Shown here: in pieces, positions 1-7,387 of the stretch
Position numbering within the stretch: the stretch's first letter is position 1
Layout of the letters: every line of letters begins with the position of its first letter
From: Bacteroidia bacterium
GTDB lineage: Bacteria; Bacteroidota; Bacteroidia; Bacteroidales; VadinHA17
Length of the DNA: 25,898 nucleotides
Reading direction: 5' to 3'
Assembly: GCA_026391215.1 (NCBI GenBank)
Contig: JAPLDX010000025.1
Location: 1 to 25,898 of the forward strand
Made by a program: the position numbers and the translations under genes
Notes under the pieces: model-generated
The model's input: the letters and a program-made list of their open reading frames with translations, nothing else
The model's database searches: none
Told to the model about the DNA's origin: nothing

Positions 1-1
1 G

Positions 2-1165
2 TGGCCGTCAATCGGAAAAGATCTGGGAATTTCACACATGCAGGAAGGAATGCTTGTTTCTGCTGTATACTGGGCAATAGTGCTGCTTACTTTTCCGGTA
101 TCGTTGCTTGTTGACCGCTGGAGCAGAACAAAAACAATAGGAATAATGGCGATTATGTGGAGTTTTGCCACGGCGCTTTGCGCACTGACAGGCAATTATG
201 TTCAGCTTTTCATGGCCCGTGCATTGATAGGAATAGGAGAAGCCGGATATGCTCCCGGAGGTAGTGCTATGATATCCGGATTATTCCCGATGGAAAAAAG
301 ATCAAGGATGATGGGTATCTGGAATGCCTCCATCCCTCTTGGAACTGCCATCGGTCACCTCCTAGGCGGAGTAATTGCAGTTCACCTGGGATGGAAACAT
401 GCTTTTGGTATTGTTGCTCTGCCGGGACTATTAGTTGCTTTGTTGTTCCTGTTCCTGAAAGATTATAAAACAGTTGATCTTGCATTCGTTGATACGACCA
501 AGAAGAAAATTAAGATGAAAAGGAAGGATATGGTCCGGGAGTTTTTGACCAGGCCTTCTGTTATTTACACGTATTTTGGAATGGCGGCTGTGGTCTTTTG
601 CACAACCGCTCTTATAACCTGGCTATCAACATATTTTCAAAATATTCAGGGAATGCCGATGGACAAAGCCGGGATGAAAGCAAGTGTAGTGATGGTCCTT
701 GCTCTGGTTGGAGCTCCCCTGGGGGGCTATTTAACTGATGCCTGGCGTAAAAAACAAACAAATGCAAGACTGCTGTTGCCTGCAATTTCCACCCTGTGTA
801 CCGCAATCGTCCTTTTTATTGCGCTGCACATACACCCGGGAACCGTTCAGTATATCCTGCTGCTTTGCATGGGGGTTCTCATTATGTGTTTTATTGCAGG
901 AGCCGCTGCAGTAACACAGGATGTAATCCATCCCGGGATGAGAGCGGTATCCTATTCTATTGCCGTAATAGTACAAAACCTTCTGGGATCTGCAATGGCG
1001 CCAATGATAGTGGGCAGAATATATGATAAGACAAATATCGAAACTGCACTTTCGATTCTTCCGTTTATACTTGTTATAGGCTCTGTCCTCTTTTATATAG
1101 GATCAAGATACTACGTAAAAGACATGGAGAAGGTCGCAAAAATAAAACTTGAAGCAGCGACCTGA
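2..1165 (+). CDS. MFS transporter (Spinster-like), 5'-truncated by the window edge
   Basis: The frame is open from position 2 (WPSIGKDLGISH before the Met at 38), so the gene probably starts upstream. It has a motif-A-like LVDRWSRTK, ARALIGIGEA, GGYLTDAWRKK and many hydrophobic segments. Confidence 0.85.
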   Translation, partial: WPSIGKDLGISHMQEGMLVSAVYWAIVLLTFPVSLLVDRWSRTKTIGIMAIMWSFATALCALTGNYVQLFMARALIGIGEAGYAPGGSAMISGLFPMEKRSRMMGIWNASIPLGTAIGHLLGGVIAVHLGWKHAFGIVALPGLLVALLFLFLKDYKTVDLAFVDTTKKKIKMKRKDMVREFLTRPSVIYTYFGMAAVVFCTTALITWLSTYFQNIQGMPMDKAGMKASVVMVLALVGAPLGGYLTDAWRKKQTNARLLLPAISTLCTAIVLFIALHIHPGTVQYILLLCMGVLIMCFIAGAAAVTQDVIHPGMRAVSYSIAVIVQNLLGSAMAPMIVGRIYDKTNIETALSILPFILVIGSVLFYIGSRYYVKDMEKVAKIKLEAAT

Positions 1166-1179
1166 TCAGGAGCATAATA

Positions 1180-2154
1180 TCATTTGTTCCTTGATGTAGT
1201 ATAATGGACAAACATCTTTAAGGAGTTTTTAACATCTGATTCGGGGTAGGAATCAAGTATTGCCAGGGCTTTGTCGCGGAACTGGTTCATTTTTAGTTCC
1301 GCATATTCCAGACCACCGGATGTCCTTACAAACTCTATTACTTCATTAATCTCAGATTTTGTCTTTTTCCGGCTTCTGACGATCGAAATTATGTGTCTTT
1401 TCTGCAGCAATGAGGCAAGCTCAAGTGAATTAATCAGGGGGAGGGTTATTTTTCTCTCTTTGATATCATTTCCAATAGTTTTTCCTGTAAATCCATTTGC
1501 CTCATAATCAAGAATGTCATCCCTGATCTGGAATGCAATGCCTATGTTTTCACCGAAATCCTTCATCAGCTGGATAGTATCAGGATCTTCTGTTACGGAT
1601 CTTGCGCCCGTTGCAGTGCATGCGGCAATCATTGCGGCTGTCTTGCTGATTATGATCTTATAATAATCCTCTTCCTTTATATTGAGCTTTCTTGATTTCT
1701 GAAGCTGGAGAAGCTCACCTTCCACCATCGATTTTACTGCTTCGGAGGTTATTTCAAGCATATCATAGCGGACTTTTTCAACGCAGATAAGCAATCCTTT
1801 TGAAAGCATGTAATCACCAACAAGAACGGCAATTTTTGAATTCCACAAGGCATTTACCGAAAACGCTCCCCGTCGTTCGTGGGCATCGTCAACAACATCA
1901 TCATGCACCAGCGATGCGGTATGCAGAAGCTCAATACATGTTGCGGCAACATAGCTCGATTCAGATATTGTTCCATGTAGTTTTGCAGTAAGGAAAACAA
2001 GCAGAGGCCTCATCTGTTTGCCCTTCCGTCGGAGTATATAATTAAGTATTATTTTCAGAAGAGGAATATTGCTTTTAATAGTCCTGCTGAAATAGGATTC
2101 AAATTCATCCATCTCCCTGTCTACAGGTTTTCTGATATCATCCAGTATAGACAT
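1180..2154 (-). CDS. ispB: Polyprenyl (octaprenyl-type) diphosphate synthase
   Basis: GKQMRP, first Asp-rich motif ELLHTASLVHDDVVD-x4-RRG, KTA, second motif FQIRDDILD, and GNDIKERKITLP. Confidence 0.9.
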   Translation of the reverse strand: MSILDDIRKPVDREMDEFESYFSRTIKSNIPLLKIILNYILRRKGKQMRPLLVFLTAKLHGTISESSYVAATCIELLHTASLVHDDVVDDAHERRGAFSVNALWNSKIAVLVGDYMLSKGLLICVEKVRYDMLEITSEAVKSMVEGELLQLQKSRKLNIKEEDYYKIIISKTAAMIAACTATGARSVTEDPDTIQLMKDFGENIGIAFQIRDDILDYEANGFTGKTIGNDIKERKITLPLINSLELASLLQKRHIISIVRSRKKTKSEINEVIEFVRTSGGLEYAELKMNQFRDKALAILDSYPESDVKNSLKMFVHYTTSRNK

Positions 2155-2170
2155 GCCCGGTTATTTCATT

Positions 2171-2178
2171 CAAATATA
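2171..2178 (-). promoter_or_regulatory. Bacteroidota sigma-A -7 box (TATATTTG) for ispB
   Basis: Exact TAnnTTTG match on the minus strand, 16 nt before the ATG. Confidence 0.6.
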
Positions 2179-2228
2179 ACAAATTCATATAAACGCCGTC
2201 CCATGGTATGGCAGGCCACATAAAATCA

Positions 2229-2252
2229 TATCTATATATTTAGATACATTTG
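2229..2252 (+). promoter_or_regulatory. Palindromic operator candidate TATCTA-N6-TAGATA overlapping the -7 box (TACATTTG) of the ArsR gene
   Basis: Inverted repeat at 2229-2246; TAnnTTTG at 2245-2252, 18 nt before ATG 2271. Confidence 0.55.
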
Positions 2253-2270
2253 TATAATTAATTAAAAGTT

Positions 2271-2570
2271 ATGGAACTGAAGAAATTGGATCCTGAAACG
2301 CTTGAAAAAGCAGCAAATATGCTTAAAGCAATAGCCCATCCTGTAAGGATTTCCATTGTCGGTTACCTGGAAGACGGAAAGAAAAAAACCGTAACGGAAA
2401 TACACAAACAGCTGGGGATTGAACAGGCAGTGGCCTCTCATCATCTTGTAATACTAAAGGACAGGGGAGTACTCTTCTCAAAAAGGGAAGGGAAAAATAT
2501 TTGTTATTTCCTTAAGCATGATAAATTAAGGAACATTCTTGAAAGCATAGGTGAATGCTGTAAGGATTAG
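2271..2570 (+). CDS. ArsR/SmtB family transcriptional regulator
   Basis: LKAIAHPVRISIV, HTH region TVTEIHKQLGIEQAVASHHLVILK, wing REGKNICYFL; 99 aa. Confidence 0.9.
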   Translation: MELKKLDPETLEKAANMLKAIAHPVRISIVGYLEDGKKKTVTEIHKQLGIEQAVASHHLVILKDRGVLFSKREGKNICYFLKHDKLRNILESIGECCKD

Positions 2571-2572
2571 AA

Positions 2573-3190
2573 CTACTTGAGATCCCTGAACATCCTCTTC
2601 TGGAAAAGAAGAATGGATATTACTCCGCAGGTTATTGATGAGTCTGAAATATTAAAAACAGGCCTGAAGAAAATAAATGATTCCCCGGGACGGAACGGGG
2701 ACCAGTCTGGCCAGTTTGTATTAATTACCGGGAAATAAAGCATATCGACAACTTTGCCTTGCAGGAACGAAGAATATCCTCCTCCCGGTGGGAAGATGAC
2801 AGCCGGCTGATAAAAGCTTTCGCTGAAGACCATACCGTAAAAAGCACTGTCAATAATATTGCCTACTGCACCGGCAAGAATGGCGCTGACAGCAAGAACA
2901 AGTCCCAGATTAACATTTTTCTTTATAATTGAATTAAGGAACCACCCGATCGCGCAAACAGCTATGATTCTGAAAATGCTTAGTACCAGCTTTCCTGATT
3001 TCCCGCCCATCTCCATGCCGAATGCCATTCCGTTATTTTCCACAAAATGAAGCATTCCCCATTTACCGAAAATATGAATTTCCTCCCCAAGGACCATATG
3101 CGTTTTAATCCAGAACTTAAAAATCTGATCAGCAACAAGAATCAGAACAATCAGCAATATGGATTTTTTTCCTGCAGACATTATTTTCAT
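2573..3190 (-). CDS. lspA: Lipoprotein signal peptidase (SPase II); start may be the second Met (MSAGKKS)
   Basis: DQIFK, NNGMAFG, AGAVGNIID, VVDML and FNISDS motifs carrying the catalytic Asp pair. Confidence 0.93.
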   Translation of the reverse strand: MKIMSAGKKSILLIVLILVADQIFKFWIKTHMVLGEEIHIFGKWGMLHFVENNGMAFGMEMGGKSGKLVLSIFRIIAVCAIGWFLNSIIKKNVNLGLVLAVSAILAGAVGNIIDSAFYGMVFSESFYQPAVIFPPGGGYSSFLQGKVVDMLYFPVINTNWPDWSPFRPGESFIFFRPVFNISDSSITCGVISILLFQKRMFRDLK

Positions 3191-3232
3191 TACTGTTTAA
3201 GCGATGCAAAATACTAAAAAATAATTGACGAT

Positions 3233-3268
3233 AAATAAAAAGAGGGTGTCTGTAATGAAGCACCCTCT
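3233..3268 (-). terminator. Intrinsic terminator after the hypothetical lipoprotein gene
   Basis: 8-bp stem AGAGGGTG (3241-3248) / CACCCTCT (3261-3268), followed on the minus strand by TTTTATTT, about 20 nt after the stop at 3288. Confidence 0.7.
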
Positions 3269-3287
3269 GATATATTCTATTTCTTTT

Positions 3288-4127
3288 TTACGGACATGTA
3301 ATGTTTGCCAGATTGCCATTCCAGCAATGCCATCCGGCAGGAGTATCCTGGAACCATAACTGGGCCATAACTCTTCCATTTAATCCGGTTGTGCTCCACT
3401 CCACATCAACATCGGAAAATGCCTGGCCGTTATAGTAATGAATGCCATAGAAAGCATTATAATTGCCGGTTGTTTTTCCGTATTCTATGTAACTGTTCTT
3501 AAATGGATCGGTTACCCTGGCATCATTTTTATCCCTGATATATGTGTATTTCACAGTTCCTATCCCTGCAGAGGTTTTTGTCCAATCGATCTGAAGGAGT
3601 TTTTCCTGGTAAGTATAACTATGATAAAGAGTCCATTGTCCGCTTGTTCCGTCACTCTTTGAAGTACCCTCAACCCAGAGAAACTCTGCGAACCCTCCCG
3701 TTCCTTCTTTTGTGATATACAATTTCCATAGTACATCAGAAGTCCTTATCTGGCCCACAAGCCTGGCTTTATATGTAACAGTAAGAACACTTGCGGAATA
3801 GCTCCACTGAAATACTTCTTCATCTTTCAGCCATACAGGTGTCTGTTCAGCAGCTAATTTAAAGGCATAAACAGGGACAACGCACGTTGCCGTAAGTATT
3901 GTTCTCCAGTATCCGGCCACAAGTGCGGCAAATTCCCAGTTACTATTTTCAACCCCTTTATTAAATGAGATAAAATCAGCTGATTTACCTGTTTCAAAAT
4001 TACTGAAATCTATTACCATTGATTCTTCAGGAGGCAGGATGGGAGTTTGTGGTGGTTTCTTTTTACAACTAGTCAGCAGGCCAGTCATAAAAACAGCAAG
4101 CAGGAATAATGTGATATACTTTTTCAT
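3288..4127 (-). CDS. Hypothetical lipoprotein (279 aa; start revised from 4235 to ATG 4127)
   Basis: MKKYITLFLLAVFMTGLLTS-C is a typical SPII signal. A -7 box at 4159-4166 lies inside the longer ORF, supporting the downstream start. Trp/Tyr/Thr/Gly-rich sequence. Confidence 0.8.
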   Translation of the reverse strand: MKKYITLFLLAVFMTGLLTSCKKKPPQTPILPPEESMVIDFSNFETGKSADFISFNKGVENSNWEFAALVAGYWRTILTATCVVPVYAFKLAAEQTPVWLKDEEVFQWSYSASVLTVTYKARLVGQIRTSDVLWKLYITKEGTGGFAEFLWVEGTSKSDGTSGQWTLYHSYTYQEKLLQIDWTKTSAGIGTVKYTYIRDKNDARVTDPFKNSYIEYGKTTGNYNAFYGIHYYNGQAFSDVDVEWSTTGLNGRVMAQLWFQDTPAGWHCWNGNLANITCP

Positions 4128-4140
4128 ATGGAAGCTGTAT

Positions 4141-4166
4141 TTGTTATACATATAACGACAAAAATA
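4141..4166 (-). promoter_or_regulatory. -7 box (TATTTTTG, 4159-4166) with adjacent palindrome TTGTTAT-ACAT-ATAACGA (4141-4158)
   Basis: Exact TAnnTTTG match; perfect GTTATA-N2-TATAAC inverted repeat at 4143-4156. Confidence 0.5.
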
Positions 4167-4190
4167 CACTAAAAGTTGCATAATAAATAA

Positions 4191-4198
4191 TAATTTTG
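4191..4198 (+). promoter_or_regulatory. Candidate -7 box (TAATTTTG) for the SOD gene
   Basis: TAnnTTTG match 76 nt before ATG 4275, in AT-rich DNA where chance matches occur. Confidence 0.4.
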
Positions 4199-4274
4199 AG
4201 GTAACTATTAAATATGCACGACCAGAACTGAACATTTTCCTTTCTGTTTTGTTTAATGTTTAAATATCAAAAAA

Positions 4275-5000
4275 ATGAAGCACAAAAATATTGTCAGGAC
4301 CTATATTGCAGGGATAGCAATTATATTATTTTCAGGAACATCCCTGTCAGGACAAGTGAACGATTTAAAAAACACAGATATGAAAAAGATTGAAACAAAA
4401 GAATTCCCGGCTTTGCCGTATGCATACGATGCACTTGAGCCTTACATTGATGCAAAAACAGTCGAGATTCATTATGACAGGCATCACAGGGCTTATTTCA
4501 CGAATTTCGTGAATGCCATAAAAGGTACCGCACTTGAAAATACACCAATTGAAAAGATCTTCGCTGAAGTTTCCAAGGCAGGTGATGCTGTAAGAAACAA
4601 CGGTGGCGGTTATTATAACCATGTAATATACTGGCAGAATCTTGGGAAAGGATCATCAGGTCCGTCTGCAGAACTGACGACTGCGATTACAAAAGCATTT
4701 GGCTCTTTTGAAAAATTCAAAGAGACCTTCAGCAATTCTGCAAAAACCCGTTTTGGAAGCGGATGGGCCTGGCTTTATATGACTCCCGATAAAAGCCTGG
4801 CAGTCGGAAGCACTCCGAATCAGGATAATCCACTGATGGATATTTCCCCGATAAAAGGTATCCCGATATTGACAATTGATGTATGGGAACATGCTTATTA
4901 CCTGAAATATCAGAATAAGAGAGCTGATTATATCGATGCTTTCTGGAACATAGTGAACTGGGATGTAGTAAATGAAAGATACAGGGAGGCTGTGAAATAA
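4275..5000 (+). CDS. sodA: Mn/Fe superoxide dismutase (Mn-type/cambialistic signature) with predicted signal peptide
   Basis: LPYAYDALEP, ligand motifs EIHYDRHH, NNGGGYYNH and DVWEHAYY, FGSGWAWL, NQDNP; 35-aa N-terminal extension with a hydrophobic core. Confidence 0.92.
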   Translation: MKHKNIVRTYIAGIAIILFSGTSLSGQVNDLKNTDMKKIETKEFPALPYAYDALEPYIDAKTVEIHYDRHHRAYFTNFVNAIKGTALENTPIEKIFAEVSKAGDAVRNNGGGYYNHVIYWQNLGKGSSGPSAELTTAITKAFGSFEKFKETFSNSAKTRFGSGWAWLYMTPDKSLAVGSTPNQDNPLMDISPIKGIPILTIDVWEHAYYLKYQNKRADYIDAFWNIVNWDVVNERYREAVK

Positions 5001-5036
5001 TACCCCCTGTCGCTACGCGACATCCCCCTGAAGGAG
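5001..5036 (+). repeat. REP-like double-hairpin element, copy 1
   Basis: TACCCCC-TGTCGC(TAC)GCGACA-TCCCCC(TGAA)GGAG; close match to the reverse complement of 21123-21163. Confidence 0.8.
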
Positions 5037-5080
5037 TAATATGCGGACGTGTCGGGATCTTGCTAAAAAGTTGGATTTTA

Positions 5081-5121
5081 GCCCCCTTCAGGGGGCGGTC
5101 CCGCTTCAGCGGGACGGGGGT
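5081..5121 (-). repeat. REP-like double-hairpin element, copy 2 (inverted partner of copy 1)
   Basis: The minus strand reads ACCCCC-GTCCCGC(TGAA)GCGGGAC-C-GCCCCC(TGAA)GGGGGC, the same architecture as copies 1 and 3. Confidence 0.75.
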
Positions 5122-5126
5122 TTTTA

Positions 5127-6761
5127 CTACATATATAAGAACCTTTTAATTTTCAATGTAGCTGTTTTCTGGAATGGGTCCGGCTGAATAACCACCTTAT
5201 TGATCTGGCTGAATTTGTTTACTTTGGAATTTACGTATTCCTTCAGCTCCTCCAGTAATTCATCATATATTTTCCCCATATCATGCTTCATGTGCTGATA
5301 TTTCTTTTCAAGCTCCTCCATGTTAAGATTGACCAGGGCAACAAGCTTGCCTTTCTGCTGGATCACAAGGGACTCAGCGACATATTGGAAATTATTAATT
5401 ACCGATTCAATTTCTTCAGGGTAAATATTTTCTCCGCTTGCACCAACGATTATATTCTTCAGGCGGCCCCTGATAAATAAATTATTTTCAGAATCAAGCT
5501 TGCCCAGATCTCCGGTTTTGAACCAGCCATCAGGCGTAATAACTTCAGCAGTCATGCCAGGCTCCTTATAATAACCTTTCATAACATTCGGCCCCCTTGC
5601 CCATATCTCGCCTTCTCCAGTCTTTTTGTCAGGATTGTTAACAATAAGCTCAATTCCCTGAACTGCAGGCCCGGTTGATTCAAAAACTGTTTTCGCCGGA
5701 CTTGCGCCAGCAAGCAGGGGCGCTGTTTCAGTAAGGCCATATCCTACAGCATACGGGAATTTTGCTTCACGCAGGAATTGTTCTACAGTTTTGTTAATTT
5801 TTGATCCTCCTATACCGAAAAACTTCAAATGTCCCCCAAAGGTCTTGTATAATTTTTTGCCTGCGACAGCATGTAATTTTTTCCTGAAAAACGGAATTTT
5901 ATAAAGAAGTCTAAGTATGGTCTTATCTTTGAATGTGGGCAGGATCTTATTAAAATAGACTTTCTCCATAATAAGCGGAACTGTTAGCATAAATGTGGGT
6001 TTGACCAGCTCCATGGCAGGTAATAAAACAGGAGGAGTGGGCGGTTTCCTGAGATAATAAACACATGAACCGCCGATCATCGGCAACATCAGTCCAAGGG
6101 TATTTTCATATGTATGCGATAATGGAAGCACGGATAAAAACCGGTCATTTTCATTAACATCCTGGATCATTTTACCCCCCAAAGCATTAAAGCTTATATT
6201 CTTATGAGTGAGCATTACACCTTTAGACCGGCCGGTAGTTCCTGAAGTATAAATGATGGATGCAAGATCCTCCTCCCCAACTTCATAATTACCTGCAGGC
6301 AGGGCATCGGGATCAAATTTTAACGATTCCTTATCAGGATAGATCATTGAAAAATCCTCAATCTGTATAACCTTTTTAACTGTGTCAGGTCTGGCGCCTT
6401 CAATTTTGTAGTAAAGTGATGATGATACAAACATGGCTTTTGCTTCAGAGTGCTCAAGAACATTGAATACCTCAGTAGTAGAAAAGTCAGGAAGTATAGG
6501 AACCACCACAGCCCCCATGAATGTGACAGAAAAGTATGCGATTGGCCATTGCGGCATATTAGCGCTCAGAATTGCTACCCTGTCTCCGCGGGAAATGCCT
6601 GCCTTTTCAAGAAAAGCAGATAAAGCCCTGATTTTTACTGCGGCCGCTGCATAGCTGATAGGTTCTTCTCCTACAAATGAGTATGCCAGAGAGCCGCCAT
6701 GTTTCCGTACGGTATCATTAAATAATGCCGGAAAAGTAAGCTTGATTTTTTCTTCTTCCAT
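5127..6761 (-). CDS. Long-chain fatty-acid--CoA ligase (AMP-binding, FadD-like)
   Basis: IIYTSGTTGRSKG, LPLSHTYE, GYGLTET, WFKTGDLG, GRLKNIIV-x3-GENIYPEEIE. Confidence 0.9.
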   Translation of the reverse strand: MEEEKIKLTFPALFNDTVRKHGGSLAYSFVGEEPISYAAAAVKIRALSAFLEKAGISRGDRVAILSANMPQWPIAYFSVTFMGAVVVPILPDFSTTEVFNVLEHSEAKAMFVSSSLYYKIEGARPDTVKKVIQIEDFSMIYPDKESLKFDPDALPAGNYEVGEEDLASIIYTSGTTGRSKGVMLTHKNISFNALGGKMIQDVNENDRFLSVLPLSHTYENTLGLMLPMIGGSCVYYLRKPPTPPVLLPAMELVKPTFMLTVPLIMEKVYFNKILPTFKDKTILRLLYKIPFFRKKLHAVAGKKLYKTFGGHLKFFGIGGSKINKTVEQFLREAKFPYAVGYGLTETAPLLAGASPAKTVFESTGPAVQGIELIVNNPDKKTGEGEIWARGPNVMKGYYKEPGMTAEVITPDGWFKTGDLGKLDSENNLFIRGRLKNIIVGASGENIYPEEIESVINNFQYVAESLVIQQKGKLVALVNLNMEELEKKYQHMKHDMGKIYDELLEELKEYVNSKVNKFSQINKVVIQPDPFQKTATLKIKRFLYM

Positions 6762-6790
6762 AAGATCTGGTTATTTCAATGCAAAGTTCG

Positions 6791-6798
6791 CAAATTTA
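6791..6798 (-). promoter_or_regulatory. -7 box (TAAATTTG) for the acyl-CoA ligase
   Basis: Exact TAnnTTTG match 29 nt before ATG 6761. Confidence 0.5.
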
Positions 6799-6893
6799 TT
6801 CAAAATATGATTATTGACCATTATGATTTTACAATATTCTTTGGTGTGATTCAGAGCTTTAACATAATTTAACCGGATATCCACCGGAATAAT

Positions 6894-6901
6894 TAAATTT
6901 G
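6894..6901 (+). promoter_or_regulatory. -7 box (TAAATTTG) for queD-polA
   Basis: Exact TAnnTTTG match 26 nt before ATG 6928. Confidence 0.55.
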
Positions 6902-6927
6902 AATATTATTCTTCTAAATATTGAAAT

Positions 6928-7380
6928 ATGGCCCGTGTTATAAGAGTAACAAGAGAATTTTCATTTGAAATGGCGCATGCATTAAAGAATTATGACGGAC
7001 CATGCCGGAACGTCCATGGGCATTCATACAGGCTGTTTGTGACATTGACCGGCACTCCTGTCAATGAGGCTGAAAATCCCAAAAACGGGATGATAATTGA
7101 TTTTACGGAACTTAAAGATATTGTTCTCAAAAAAATAATCAACCTCTTTGATCATTCTGTTGTTGTCAGCAATGACTATGGACAAGAAAAAATGGAGATG
7201 ATGAAGAAAACATTTGGCAATACCGTGATTGTTGATTATCAGCCGACATGCGAAAACCTTATCGCTGATTTTGCTGAACGCCTTAAAAATCAAATGCCAA
7301 AAGGAGCAAAGTTGCACAGCCTCAGGCTTTTTGAGACTGCAAAATCGTGTGCCGAATGGTTTGCCTCCGATAATGAATAG
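6928..7380 (+). CDS. queD: 6-carboxy-5,6,7,8-tetrahydropterin synthase (PTPS family)
   Basis: FEMAH, CRNVHGHSY (catalytic Cys and Zn His residues), GMIIDF, FDHS, PTCENL, LFET. Confidence 0.9.
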   Translation: MARVIRVTREFSFEMAHALKNYDGPCRNVHGHSYRLFVTLTGTPVNEAENPKNGMIIDFTELKDIVLKKIINLFDHSVVVSNDYGQEKMEMMKKTFGNTVIVDYQPTCENLIADFAERLKNQMPKGAKLHSLRLFETAKSCAEWFASDNE

Positions 7381-7387
7381 ATAAATT

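Noticed and set aside
4128-4235. N-terminal extension of the lipoprotein ORF
   Set aside because: It contains the promoter box and would bury the SPII signal peptide.
5001-5125. CRISPR array, tRNA or IS interpretation of the GC-rich repeats
   Set aside because: There are no regularly spaced direct repeats with spacers, no cloverleaf, no transposase and no evident target-site duplication.
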